A stretch of DNA of 64,000 bases, taken from the NCBI GenBank assembly GCA_032718475.1, contig JAUCBJ010007943.1, forward strand, positions 61,046 through 125,045, given 5' to 3'. The stretch's first letter is position 1, and every line of letters starts with the position of its first letter. Positions 1 through 10,855 of the stretch are shown in pieces. The notes below the pieces were generated by a model. The model was not told where the DNA came from. It worked only from the letters and a program-made list of their open reading frames with translations, and did no database searches. Source of the stretch: Nemertoderma westbladi. Lineage: Eukaryota > Animalia > Xenacoelomorpha. The translations under genes and the position numbers were made by a program.

Positions 1-1505
1 CCTACATTTGTTGTATGCCACCAGGGATGATAGGGTTTCTTGTCCTAGGAGAAGGTACAGGGTATTGTTGGATACGTAATTTTTGACACCTAATATTGAT
101 CTCATAGCCTTTCGAAAAAAGACTTCAAAATCGTTGGTGATAGCATCTGTGTAATTTGCTGTTCCATATAGGATTGATGGGGTGCAAATGGTTTTCCATA
201 TGGTCTTCGTAACTATCAGGGGCACATCAGAAGTTGATAACCCCCGGTTCTTTAATCGCGCCACATTCCACCAGCACCTTTTGACGAAGTTGTCTTTTAG
301 GCTGTCCTGAGTTAACGGGAAGGGCAGTCCTAGGTATCGACAACTATTTACGTGTTCTAGGGTAGTGTGACCAACTTTCAGGGTTTGTTTAGTGGTTGTC
401 TTTGTTGTTGGTGAGCAGATAACATAATGGGATTTTGTTGGGTTCGCTTTTAGGCCATGTGCAGAGAAGTAGGTAGTACAGACTGTTGTTAACTTCTGTA
501 GATCGCTCTTTAGGTTTACTAGAAGCAGTATGTCATCTGCATACCCAAGTATAGGGTAGGAGTGCTTGTTGATGTGTATACCTAATCCTAATGATTCTAT
601 GTTGACGAATAATTCTTTTAGATAAAAATTAAAGAGCCAGGCAGATAATACCCCCCCTTGTCTTACGCCTTTGGATAGTTTGATTGATTGTGTGTATAAA
701 CGTCGTCCTGTTCTTACATAAGCTGTAGATTTTTTGTAGAGTGATTCGAGTAGTTGTAACCAGGGTTTATCGATATTTGTTTCCCTAAGCTTACTAAAGA
801 GAGATTTGTGGTTTACGCAGTCGAAGGCCGCAGATAAGTCTATTGAGAGCACGTGGACGTCTGAGCCACCTGCATTAAAACGCTTAATTAGTTTATTGGC
901 TACCATGTAGGGGATTTCTCCATTGATTCCTTTCTTGTATGCCATTTGGAGATGGCTAGTTGCCTCTCGAGTGAATTCGCTCAGAACTAGAATTTCCGAC
1001 AGCTTGACGAAGATTGATGAGATTGAAATTCCTCTGTAATTTGTTGTATCGTTTTTCTTTCGAGAAGCATTCTTGAGGTGTGGTAGTAAGAGACTCGCAC
1101 ATAGGTTGTCCGGAAAGACTCCACAATGGGTCATGCTGTTGAAAAGGAAAGCAATATATTTACACATAGTATTTGATGATGCATTAATTAGGTGCTCTGT
1201 TGTTATATTAGCAAAATCGGACGCCTTTCCCTTATTAAGTGATTCTATTGCAGTCTTTATGTCTTGGATTGTAAAGAGTTTGGCATTGAAGAGCTCACTA
1301 GTTGGACTACTTTCTAGGTTTTCCCCGTCGACTTGAGTTTCGTCGTTGGTGGTTTGTTGGTGGCTATTTTGATCACTACTGTCTGTCTCAAAGAAATCTT
1401 TATAGTGGGTATAGAGTTTATTCGCATTCGCTTCTGTGATGGTAGTATGATTGGTTTCCTCACGTTTGAGTTTGTTCCAGAATTTGTCTGTGTCGTTTGC
1501 ACATG
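1..1505 (-). CDS. LINE ORF2 reverse transcriptase domain (partial, runs off the window start)
   Basis: Manual translation: NYRGISI (~1020-1042), LSIDLSAAFDCVNH (~809-849), KGVRQGGVLSAWLFNFYL (~619-672), LGYADD (~532-549). Absent from the ORF track, presumably because no stop falls inside the window. Confidence 0.9.
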
Positions 1506-1506
1506 T

Positions 1507-2970
1507 TTAGGCGAGACTCAAAATATGTTCATGGTATGCTCTATGTGCTATTTTGGCTATTATACGACCCTCTTGTAGTCTCTGAAGGGAGGCGTCTTTC
1601 AACGTTAAGTTGTTGTTGGAAGTTCGTTTAATTTTTATCATTTCTAGAGATTTCAGTGATATAGTAGACCGAGTTGGGAGTGTCTTGCCATTGTTTCCAT
1701 GGTTCTTCCAGCGTTTCAATTTTTTGGGTATTATGGACGGGATGTGGTGTTTGGCAGATTGTAGCATTGTATGGTTAATCTTTTTAACCATCTCTTCTGG
1801 TAGCAATTTGTTTGTTGAGTACGAAACACCATCATCGTTAAGCAAGATTTTGCTAAAGCTCAGTAGCTCGTCATTAACAGATTTTCTATAGGCTTCTTTC
1901 TGTTCTGTTGTTGCTTCTTTAAATAGAAAGAAGCGAGGTCTAGTATTCCTCCACGCCGGTTTGTTTTGTAATTTTTGTTTGTGCTCCATTTGAGGAATAT
2001 TGAAGTTGCAGGAGACAGGTGTATGATCAGAAATGTTATCATCGTTTTGTTGGAAGATATGGCGTTCTTCTAAACAATTAGTAATGTTTTCTGAGGATAT
2101 TATATGATCTATTAGAGAGCTTCTTATTGTGATTCCTGTTCTTGATTTGAAAAAATAGGTTGCATTTCCGCCTGTTGTTTTGGAGTGTGTGCTTGAAAAG
2201 GCTTGTAATTTATAGGGGCGGACAATTTGTGTGTGAAAAATTGTTCCAAAAGTAGATCTTTTATTTTCTTCATTATGGTCTTCGTTGTGGGTTATATCAC
2301 CATTTATGTCTCCGGCTATGATTATTTCATTTCCATTTTGTATTGAATCATCAATTATTGATGTAAGCTTTCCGCATTCCTCTAAATAGTTGGTTCGTGA
2401 GTAGTTTGATTTATTATCAAAGGGCATATATGTTCCTATGATAGTGATATTGCAGTGGAAGTGATCATCAATTGTCATCGCAATCAGTCGGTCAGAGGTA
2501 GTGGTAACAGATGAACAGTATGTGCAGATATCATCTTTAATTAGGAAGGCTAGACCACCTTCTCCACGTACTCGTTTTTTATTTGACTTCATTCCTTCGG
2601 CTACAGAAAAGGTATAACAGGTGTAGCCGGCTGGTAGGTTTTTTTTGTTAAAGTTGAACTGAGCTTCTCTACAGCTGAGCCAGTGCTCTTGTAGTACTTG
2701 TAGTACCAGAATATGTGGGTCTTCATTTTGTAGGAGGGAGTAAATGTACTTTTTATTTCTTGTGTAGCCTTGGCAGTTAAATGTTATGATGTTCAAACCT
2801 AATGGGTTTGTATGAAAGTTTCTATCACGGTCAGAGTTTACTTTTGCTTCAGTATTACATGTGGTTGCCGGAGGTATAAAGATGCTTGCTTTGTTTGTTT
2901 TAAAAATACCGATTGTAGTACCTTGTGTGGGACCGTTCTTTCCGATAGTTCCCAGAGTTGATGAAACCAT
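1507..2970 (-). CDS. LINE ORF2 apurinic-type endonuclease domain, frameshifted relative to RT
   Basis: IITFNCQG, LQEHWL, GEGGLAFLI, GTYMP, IIAGDING, LIDHII, ISDHTPV motifs. Small VLQ duplication; the frame changes before RT. Confidence 0.92.
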   Translation of the reverse strand: MVSSTLGTIGKNGPTQGTTIGIFKTNKASIFIPPATTCNTEAKVNSDRDRNFHTNPLGLNIITFNCQGYTRNKKYIYSLLQNEDPHILVLQVLQEHWLSCREAQFNFNKKNLPAGYTCYTFSVAEGMKSNKKRVRGEGGLAFLIKDDICTYCSSVTTTSDRLIAMTIDDHFHCNITIIGTYMPFDNKSNYSRTNYLEECGKLTSIIDDSIQNGNEIIIAGDINGDITHNEDHNEENKRSTFGTIFHTQIVRPYKLQAFSSTHSKTTGGNATYFFKSRTGITIRSSLIDHIISSENITNCLEERHIFQQNDDNISDHTPVSCNFNIPQMEHKQKLQNKPAWRNTRPRFFLFKEATTEQKEAYRKSVNDELLSFSKILLNDDGVSYSTNKLLPEEMVKKINHTMLQSAKHHIPSIIPKKLKRWKNHGNNGKTLPTRSTISLKSLEMIKIKRTSNNNLTLKDASLQRLQEGRIIAKIAHRAYHEHILSLA

Positions 2971-3114
2971 TGTTCATTGTTTGTTGCTCATCGGAAGCAT
3001 TAATATTTATTTCTCGTTGGGTTCTGTTCCCATCTTTCCAGGCTGGTTGTTTGTCTCTGTGGTCATATTGGCTTCCATCGCAATAATAGTTCCGGGAGTT
3101 TTGTTTGTTGTTGT

Positions 3115-5975
3115 TCAGCAGGTTACCCCTGTGTCCCCTATAATTGTGTGATGTATATCTGTAGTTGTCTGTTGGTTTGTTTCGTGATTCTCTGTATCCA
3201 TAGTTGTCTGTTGGTTTCCACGATTGACATTGTGATTAGTTGCTCCAAGCATATGATTGTCTTTGGTAGTTTTTGTGGTTGGTTCCCTCATGATTATCTT
3301 TAAGGTCATGTTCGTTGTTACTATACGGGTTATGAGTTGTAGTTTGTCGGTTTCTGTCTTGTCTATTTCTATGGTAATTGCATGTTGTTGGGTTGTCTCC
3401 AGGCCACATATGGTTGTTTATAAAGATGTGGTAGTCAGCTGCTTGCACTGTTATTATGGCTTCTTTGATTTCTCCTTTATTGCCTCTAACCCAAACGTGG
3501 ACCGGATATATTCCAGTTTGTTTGTAACAAAATTGAGAGAGGCTGACCGATCCTGTATTTTTTGGTAAACCTGACACTAGTATTGTTTGCACTTGTTCAT
3601 TATTTTTCAAGTCTGTTTTCTTTTTAGTTACTTCTGGGTTTGTAGTCGGAATGTGTTCTTTTTTATTGCTCTTCTCTATGTTTTGTAGGATTACATTTTG
3701 TCTCTCAAGTAGCATTGCTATTTTGGAATCGTGATCCAGATTACTGAATAAGTTGCTAATTGGTATTGCTGTTTCTTTTGTTGTTTGTTGTTTAGGGCTA
3801 GGCCTCCCATTTGAAAGATGTACATATGTCCAGGCATTTGGATTATATGTCACTTCCTCCAGCGTTCTTGGTCTGACTACAGTTGGTTTCGATTCTGAAA
3901 TGTGTCCATTGTAGACAAGGTTTGCAGTATCAATGTCGACTTCAAGAAGTTCCTTTTCTGGAGTTTCAATCTGATCCCATGTTTGAAAGGTATCATCACT
4001 TTCGGAGGCTGGGCAACTCGCCCCGTTGCTATCAGTCGGGGTCGGGGTGGGAGTAGAATTATCACTATCATAGTCATCTGAGATGCTTTGGGACTCATCC
4101 TGCGATTCATCGCTTTCTTGGATTGAGGTTTCAGTATTATTAATATTTGTCAGTTGGTTTTTCTGTTTGCGCTTCCGTTTTTTCTCCTTTTTTGTTCGCC
4201 TCTTTGCTGCTTTATTTTGTTGTTTTGTTCCGGATGCTACTGATTTCTGCAGGTCATTTATTTCTAGGGTCATATTTGTGATTGAGTTCTGTAGCAGGTG
4301 AATGGTTTCGATTGCAGCATTATGAGCTCCAGAAAGGGATTTCACCTCAAGCTGTAGATTTGCAACAAGGTCTGTCAGTTGAAGTATGCTGAAACAATCC
4401 ATTGTATCTAAATTTACACGCTTTTTAAACGATTGAGAGATGGTATTATTCTCTATAGCGAGAGCAAACTCAGCCACATCTGTGGATAATTCTTCCATGG
4501 AACGTCTATTGACCGCGGTTATACTAAGACTGGGATTATTTCCTAAAATGTAGAGTTTTATGTGGTCTAGCAGAATTTTTTGCAATCTATTTAGTGTTCC
4601 AGATACCAAGGGAATCAATGTCTTAATGAATATGTCTTTGGGGTTATTTATTAGTTTCTCAGCACGTATTATAGACATTATTTCTTCAGTTGTCGATGCA
4701 TTCATTAGTAGATTCAGGTTGTTCAAGTTAGGGTCTATTGAGAAGGTTGGTTCTTGTTGTGTTGCGGTTATTTCGATGCGACAGTCTTCTACAGATCTCT
4801 TGAACCATGCACGGATCTCTGGACTATTTTCATGGTCTTCTCTTACTGATGAAGATTTCTGAGCTAGGGCTAAGCCATAGAGACAAATGTATATCCCACA
4901 GTCATAACCGTTTTTTTGTCCCGGGTATTGTCTCGTGTTTTGCTTTGTGATCCATGGTGATTCTTGCAGATTATTAGGGTTTTTCACTTTATGTATGAGG
5001 TTGAATAAATTGGTTATTGTGGCAGCAATTGACGATGTTGGATTGTCGTCCATGGGATCTAGGGTATATACTGTACTATTTTTTTTGTTGGATCTGCTAC
5101 ATGAAGTGTGAAATGTTTATGTTCATCGTCGATGTCTGGTATGAGTATGATTGAGTTTTGCTGAGTCGTTGGATCCCAGGAACTTGTGATATGTCTAAGG
5201 GCAGCTGAAATATCCCACTCCTTTTGGTGTAGCTTTTTACTTAATTCAATGGGGATGGTTATTGTGTGTGAAAACTGTATCTCCAATATTCCAAAGAAAT
5301 ATTCTATTATATGGTCACTGATATATAATTCTTTATCCCCTCTAGTTGTGATTGTTTTCTCTCGTGAAGTAGGATCAGGTATTTTTATTAGGTGTATTTC
5401 TCTAGGTAGGGGGGGGATTAGGGTTCTAGGATTGGTTCTCTTTGGTTTTGTTATGGCTTTGACGATTTCAGCTGTTGGCGCATTCTGCGTTGATGATAGG
5501 TTTTTTGAAGAATCGGCAAAAAAGCCCATTGACTCCTCTATTTCAGATATGCTAATGTCGTTTAGAGTATCGCTGGTGGTAGAGAAGGTTACATTGATTT
5601 TGTTACTGTGTGTGTTGGATAAATTCTTTTTTTTTGACTTCTCTTTTGGTTCCAAAGTTGAGGTGTTTTGTTTTGTATGTTCATGTTTTTTTGGAGCGTT
5701 GGTTGATGACTTTAATTTTTTTTTTTTGTTGTATTTATACTGGTAGTGTCAGTTTGTGTGTTTATGGGGGGCATACTCGAACCCATCAGTCTGTTGTGAC
5801 CCGTATTTTCCTCCATTGCGAGAGAGTCAGGTTCGGTTTCTTCATTTGGCGTCATCTGATTCAGAGGGTCAGACATGTGACTGTCAGGTGGGGTAGGCGA
5901 AGGGCTGCCTCCAGCCAGGCGCTGGTGCGGGAGTGGTTGGGGTTCGTGTTTTGGTGAGTGCTGTACTGGCGCCAT
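3115..5975 (-). pseudogene. LINE ORF1 (Ulp1/C48 protease + coiled coil + RRM-like domain) broken by frameshifts
   Basis: Pieces 5712-6002, 5059-5655, 3236-5053 and 3115-3309. Protease motifs HFTLHVAD...QY/LDPM...QKNGYDCGIYIC. Heptad region LTDLVANLQLEVKSL. RRM-like TILVSGLP...IITV...MWPG. Breaks at the T-run near 5720 and at ~5060. Confidence 0.8.
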
Positions 5976-6648
5976 GTCGTCAGGCCGTGATGCGCAGTTC
6001 ACACAGTTATCGCGCCGCTCGCGGTCCGGTATATACTCCTTTCCGCTATGCAGGCAGTTTGCAGTCCGCAGTCTGTTTGGCGGATGGGTTTAGGCAGTCT
6101 GTATGTGTGTCTTTCACACACTATTATATACAGGATAAATTCCCCAACTTCCTCTAAGTCACAATTATTTTAGTTAAAAGTTTACTGTTATATTTATACT
6201 CAATAGTTTCTTTTAGAGAAGGCCACAAAATGTATAAATGTTTTGAGTCGGCATTATGTTCTAGTGAATAATTATAATTATGTTCTGAAAATAATATAAA
6301 TTTGGTGGGCAATATAACATAAATTAACATCATTATACTAGGCCTATATCATATTGAGGTTCCTATTTTTATAAATCTTATTATCATTAATCTTATTAAT
6401 CTTATTATAAATCAAATGTTATATTTTATGAGTTGGTTGGCAACAGCGGTATTCCTATCCAATATATCTATTTTTTAGCTATTCATACTTAAACTAAATG
6501 TTCCAGAACATCGTGTATTTATTAAATAGAATAAATGGCCTTCAGCGAAGGAGAGTTCTTGCAATCTTTGAACGCCTATATTTCAGCTGTTTCTCAACGA
6601 AATTCAGATAATGTTACATATTTCTAATCCTTGCAAGGCAAGCTTTCT

Positions 6649-7833
6649 TGTTCGCGCTTTTGAAGACCTTTAGCAGTTTAACCTGCCAAAATTTATATGT
6701 CTTTTAGTTAATTAACACACCTTTAGCATACGACAATATTTTATGCTAATAAACAAAACATTAGCCGAAGCCAGCCCATGCGCGATCATTCACCCGATGG
6801 ATCTACACCCGGGAGGCTGAATTCGGATGCTTAGATTTTATTATTGCAGTGTAAGGTTGCAGTGTAAGCCTACTGTATTATTCGATTGATCGCTAATATG
6901 TAATTTCTGACAGATATTATTAACTTTCGGGAAATATTAACAGTTCCTTTAGGACGTGGCGCTCTATCTATTTAAACAGAGCTAGGACTTATACTAAACG
7001 CAACGATAAGGCTTATGATTAAAGTATAAGTCGCATTCTTTAGGAAATGCTTTGTTACCAGTCACATCACACTCACAATCATGCACACTATTCTGCCGAC
7101 CGTCAGTATATTTGATCACACATAAAGAGATCAGTAATTGACTCATGTAGGGTCTGCTAAATAACATTAGATTTAATACACACCACATTAATATAAATCG
7201 CAATTGTTATGTATAGCCGGTCTCTCTAACCTGTAGTGTATCAAGAAAATTGGGAAATTTGGGGGATTTATCCGTATTATCCAAAGAGCAATATTTCCAT
7301 CAACAAATAGGTACAATTAATAACTGACGGTAAATAACAGTACAAACAATATGATTAGTGCAGTTAAATTAAGTGAGGTAACACCGCCGGTAACAGTTAT
7401 ACTTTCTATAATCTAAGCAGTTTTTGCTAGAGTTGTTCCAAAAGCCGGTGTTATGGCGAAAAATGGGAACACAACAACAGAAACATGTGACTACTGCTCT
7501 ATACGAAGATACCAACTCCCTTATTCCACGAAGCTCCCGTTCAACACAGAGGATGAGCATAGAGATAGGAAATTCAGTTCAGTAGCGCTGGGATAGGTCG
7601 AAATCAACGCCTACGCAAATTCTATTGGCCGACACGAACAGCAAGGCTAAGGCAACCTCTCTAAGCTAGTTGGCCGATTAAACTGAGCCCAGATATCTCC
7701 GTACAGCACATCAGCCAATAAGCTGGTAGCTTGCACTATTTTAGTTATAAATCCCTTTGAGAGTATTCTAGCGACTGGGGGGGAACTGGCCAGCAAAGGC
7801 AAACGTATCAGTTATCCCACAAAAGCTTTTACA
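6649..7833 (-). repeat. 3' LTR
   Basis: Matches 16881-18065 at offset 10232. I found only two differences (6731/16963 and 7586/17818), both C/T at CpG. Confidence 0.96.
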
Positions 7834-7841
7834 CCGCTCCC
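7834..7841 (-). other. Polypurine tract (GGGAGCGG)
   Basis: Short purine-rich run directly abutting the 3' LTR on the minus strand. Confidence 0.65.
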
Positions 7842-7911
7842 AGAAAATGGGATTTAAGTCTATAAAATATACAAAATCACAGTTTCTAAAATATAAAAAT
7901 ACTCTAAACAG

Positions 7912-9234
7912 TTAGTCTTTCTTGCGCGGACGGCGTTTACGCAGTTTTTTAAAGCTAGCAAGAGTCCTTTTCTCTTTGGGGCGAGCCACTTTACGAGGAG
8001 GGCTATAACTCCTGGGTGAAGGGTGCAATATGATTGCATCAGAAGGTATGGGATTGCGATCGGTATATCCGCCGGTCGAAGTACCGGGTTGATTGACATC
8101 AACGTCCGGGGAGAGGGGTCTAACGGCTTTGAGAGCTCGTTTCAAGACAGCCGCTCTTACGGGTCCTTTACGAGTGGTCTGAACGAGGGCCGTGGGTGGA
8201 CCATAGGCAGTTAGAAACTTCCTTGGTTTAATGGTTCTTTCCAACTCGCGTTCGCGGGCTCGGTATTCGTAAGGCCGTCGATATACTTCCTGTAACTCAG
8301 GGTGTGAGTTAACAAACAATTCTCCATAGTCCGGATCCTGACGGATATGATTGATTAAGTTATAGGAATGAAGGTCGCTAGGATTAACACTCCTGAGAAA
8401 TTTGCGTACGAATTTGGTTGAAATACATTCTCCGACGCGCTTCAGTAGCTCGTAACTTGATATGCGTGATTTCTGTTCAACCGAAGCGAATAGATAAGGA
8501 TGTAACGCATAAACTCCTTCGTAAGCGCGTCCGGGATAATAGCGATGGCGCGAATCACAATATAAATCAGTGTTCGCTTCCCAAGCTCTGATGTAACGTA
8601 GTGTGATCATTTCATCTACGCTTTCCAAATCGTGATTAAAAGGGCAATCGAAACTGGCATGTCCCTTTAGTTGACAATGGTGACATTGAGTCATAAATTG
8701 AGGGCAAACCGCAAAAATGTGCAAATTATTAAATCTGCAATACGCGCAATAAATTTCCATCGCCGGTTGTTCGTGGAAATAGGAACAGCGGACGTTTGTG
8801 TCCATGGGCGTAACATGGTCTCTCGATGCGCATAACCGACAACGTTGCCGAGAAACATAGTTGGCATGGCGATAATCGTACTCAGTGAGACACTGTGGAC
8901 CTTGATACCATTCTAGGATGTAATCGTTGTCGCTGTTCCGGGCGCGATAGGCTGAATCTCCTCAGATTCTAGGCATATTGGTTCATCTTCCCAGTCTATT
9001 ACGAATTAAGAAGTCCATATACGTACCATTACGATGCGTATAGCGAGCGGTTAATTTTCGATAGTCCAATTCACGCGTAAGTTGCTCTTGGGACATCGGC
9101 GGTTCGATATAATGACCATCGTCCTCCGTAATAGTCGGATCGGCTTCACCGCGTATCAAGCTATCCACAAACGCTTGTAAAGGTAGAGTATATCACTCTC
9201 TAATACGAAGGTCATCTTCTATCAATTCCGTCAT
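7912..9234 (-). CDS. Accessory Cys/His zinc-knuckle ORF in the env position, with three in-frame TGA codons (open part 7912-8805, 297 aa)
   Basis: One frame from ATG 9234 to stop 7912 with TGA at 9193-95, 8983-85 and 8962-64. Motifs CRLCASRDH, CAYCRFNNLHIFAVC and CHHCQLKGHASFDC; basic tail KKLRKRRPRKKD. Confidence 0.7.
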
Positions 9235-10855
9235 ATCTGCTATCTGAGTTTATTAATATTAATATGAGTTAATATTTAGGCAAGCGGGCGTCGCTGCCTA
9301 CTAGGCTTTGCCCCCGGACAGTGGGTTTCTCAGCGCCGATGTACCGTTGTCGCGGTGTTTACGCCAACATGTAGCAACAGCACGACAACGATAACCGGCA
9401 CAAGTCCCACCACTGTCCGTCCCAAAAGCTTGAATCCACTTGAGGTTATCTCGGTAGAGTTAGGGCTACTTTACAATTGCGATTATCTACTGTAAACACA
9501 CTTTAGTAGTAACATTCACCTATAAACGCACAAATTCCATACAATCATTACTTACTACACACATGCATGCCATTTGTCCGTTAGTCAGTGTCATCCAGAA
9601 TGTCACGTTATTACTATGTATCCTTGGATACTAATAGTGCGCTGTGTATACTCTTATGCTACGCAATGGGTTAAGCTTTTATTGTTCCTTTAACTTGCTT
9701 CTAATTCTAGCGTGGGTGTTGCCATGGTGACATTATGGAAAACTAGCGGTAGAATTAGGGTAATTCTCATGCATACAGATCTGGGATGTTATTTAATAGT
9801 AATTCTTTAATTGTCAATATCCTCTTTATGCATGATTTTATAAATTTTATCGGCTATTGACTATATGTTGGAGATTCTCGCACTCTAGTACACTCAATAT
9901 GAATCTCCGCTCCCATGATCTATTAATTACTAGAATTTTGGGAATGTTATAAATTGCACAAATGACAATTTATGAAATTCATTTGAATATGAATTTAAAT
10001 TTATTCCCGTGAATTTTATTATTTGATGTTAAAATTGACACAATTTGATTCCAGAGCAGGTCTGGGGACATAGGATCCTTAATTCTATGAAATTTGTCTT
10101 TTAAGAGTATCGGTAAGTGCTACGATATCTTAATCGACTAGAATTGTTAACGGATTTGAATTTTACAGATTTTAATAAATATTAAATTAATATTTAGGAT
10201 GGGCACCGATTTATTCCAGAACTTGTCTGGGGACGTTAACCACTGATTCTAGAATTTGTCTTTCAAGTATATCGGTGGGTGCCACGATATCTTAATCGAC
10301 TAGAATTACAGATGGTCAAAAGGTTTAACAGCTTTATTTGCGTTTTACGCTACTGTTAGAGGGACATCACGCTACTATATGTATTATTTGTTATAAGGTA
10401 GAAGAGCAATATCGCACGAAGCAATGTCAGTGTGAAGAGGCAAGTCGTTTCCAAGGTCTACCCAGAGCTTGGTTTAGCCGAGACTCGAGGATCTGAACTT
10501 TGCATTCCTAATACTCTGCCTACCAATAATACTTAAATATAGTAGTGGCTTTTTTGTACTTTAATAAGTACTGACATGTCATCTTACTATAGTCTCGCAT
10601 TTATAATATAATACGGACAGTAAGGAAAGAGAAAAATAATTATTTCTTGCCGTCGCACTAAATATATTATAAGTAATTAAGTACGTAATAAACACTAATA
10701 TATTGCACTAATTTACTAAATAATCGCTAAAATAACATTCTACTAAATAAAATTAAAGAAAACGATTATAATAAAATTACGTAATAATACATACATAAAT
10801 ATAAAATAAAAAACAAATATAAAATGATATAGTCACACACCCACTCCATATGTTA

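Larger units (their letters stand above)
1..6200 (-). mobile_element. Non-LTR retrotransposon (LINE, RTEX-like), frameshifted; 3' end lies outside the window
   Basis: Minus-strand order ORF1, APE endonuclease, RT. GKASD..ITTEHL, LQEHWL and GVRQGGVLS suggest the RTEX clade (clade is an inference). The 5' boundary is approximate. Confidence 0.9.

Noticed and set aside
7912-9234. Selenoprotein interpretation of the three TGAs
   Set aside because: The TGAs are not in Cys-like or redox contexts and I see no canonical SECIS downstream; the hairpins lie upstream.
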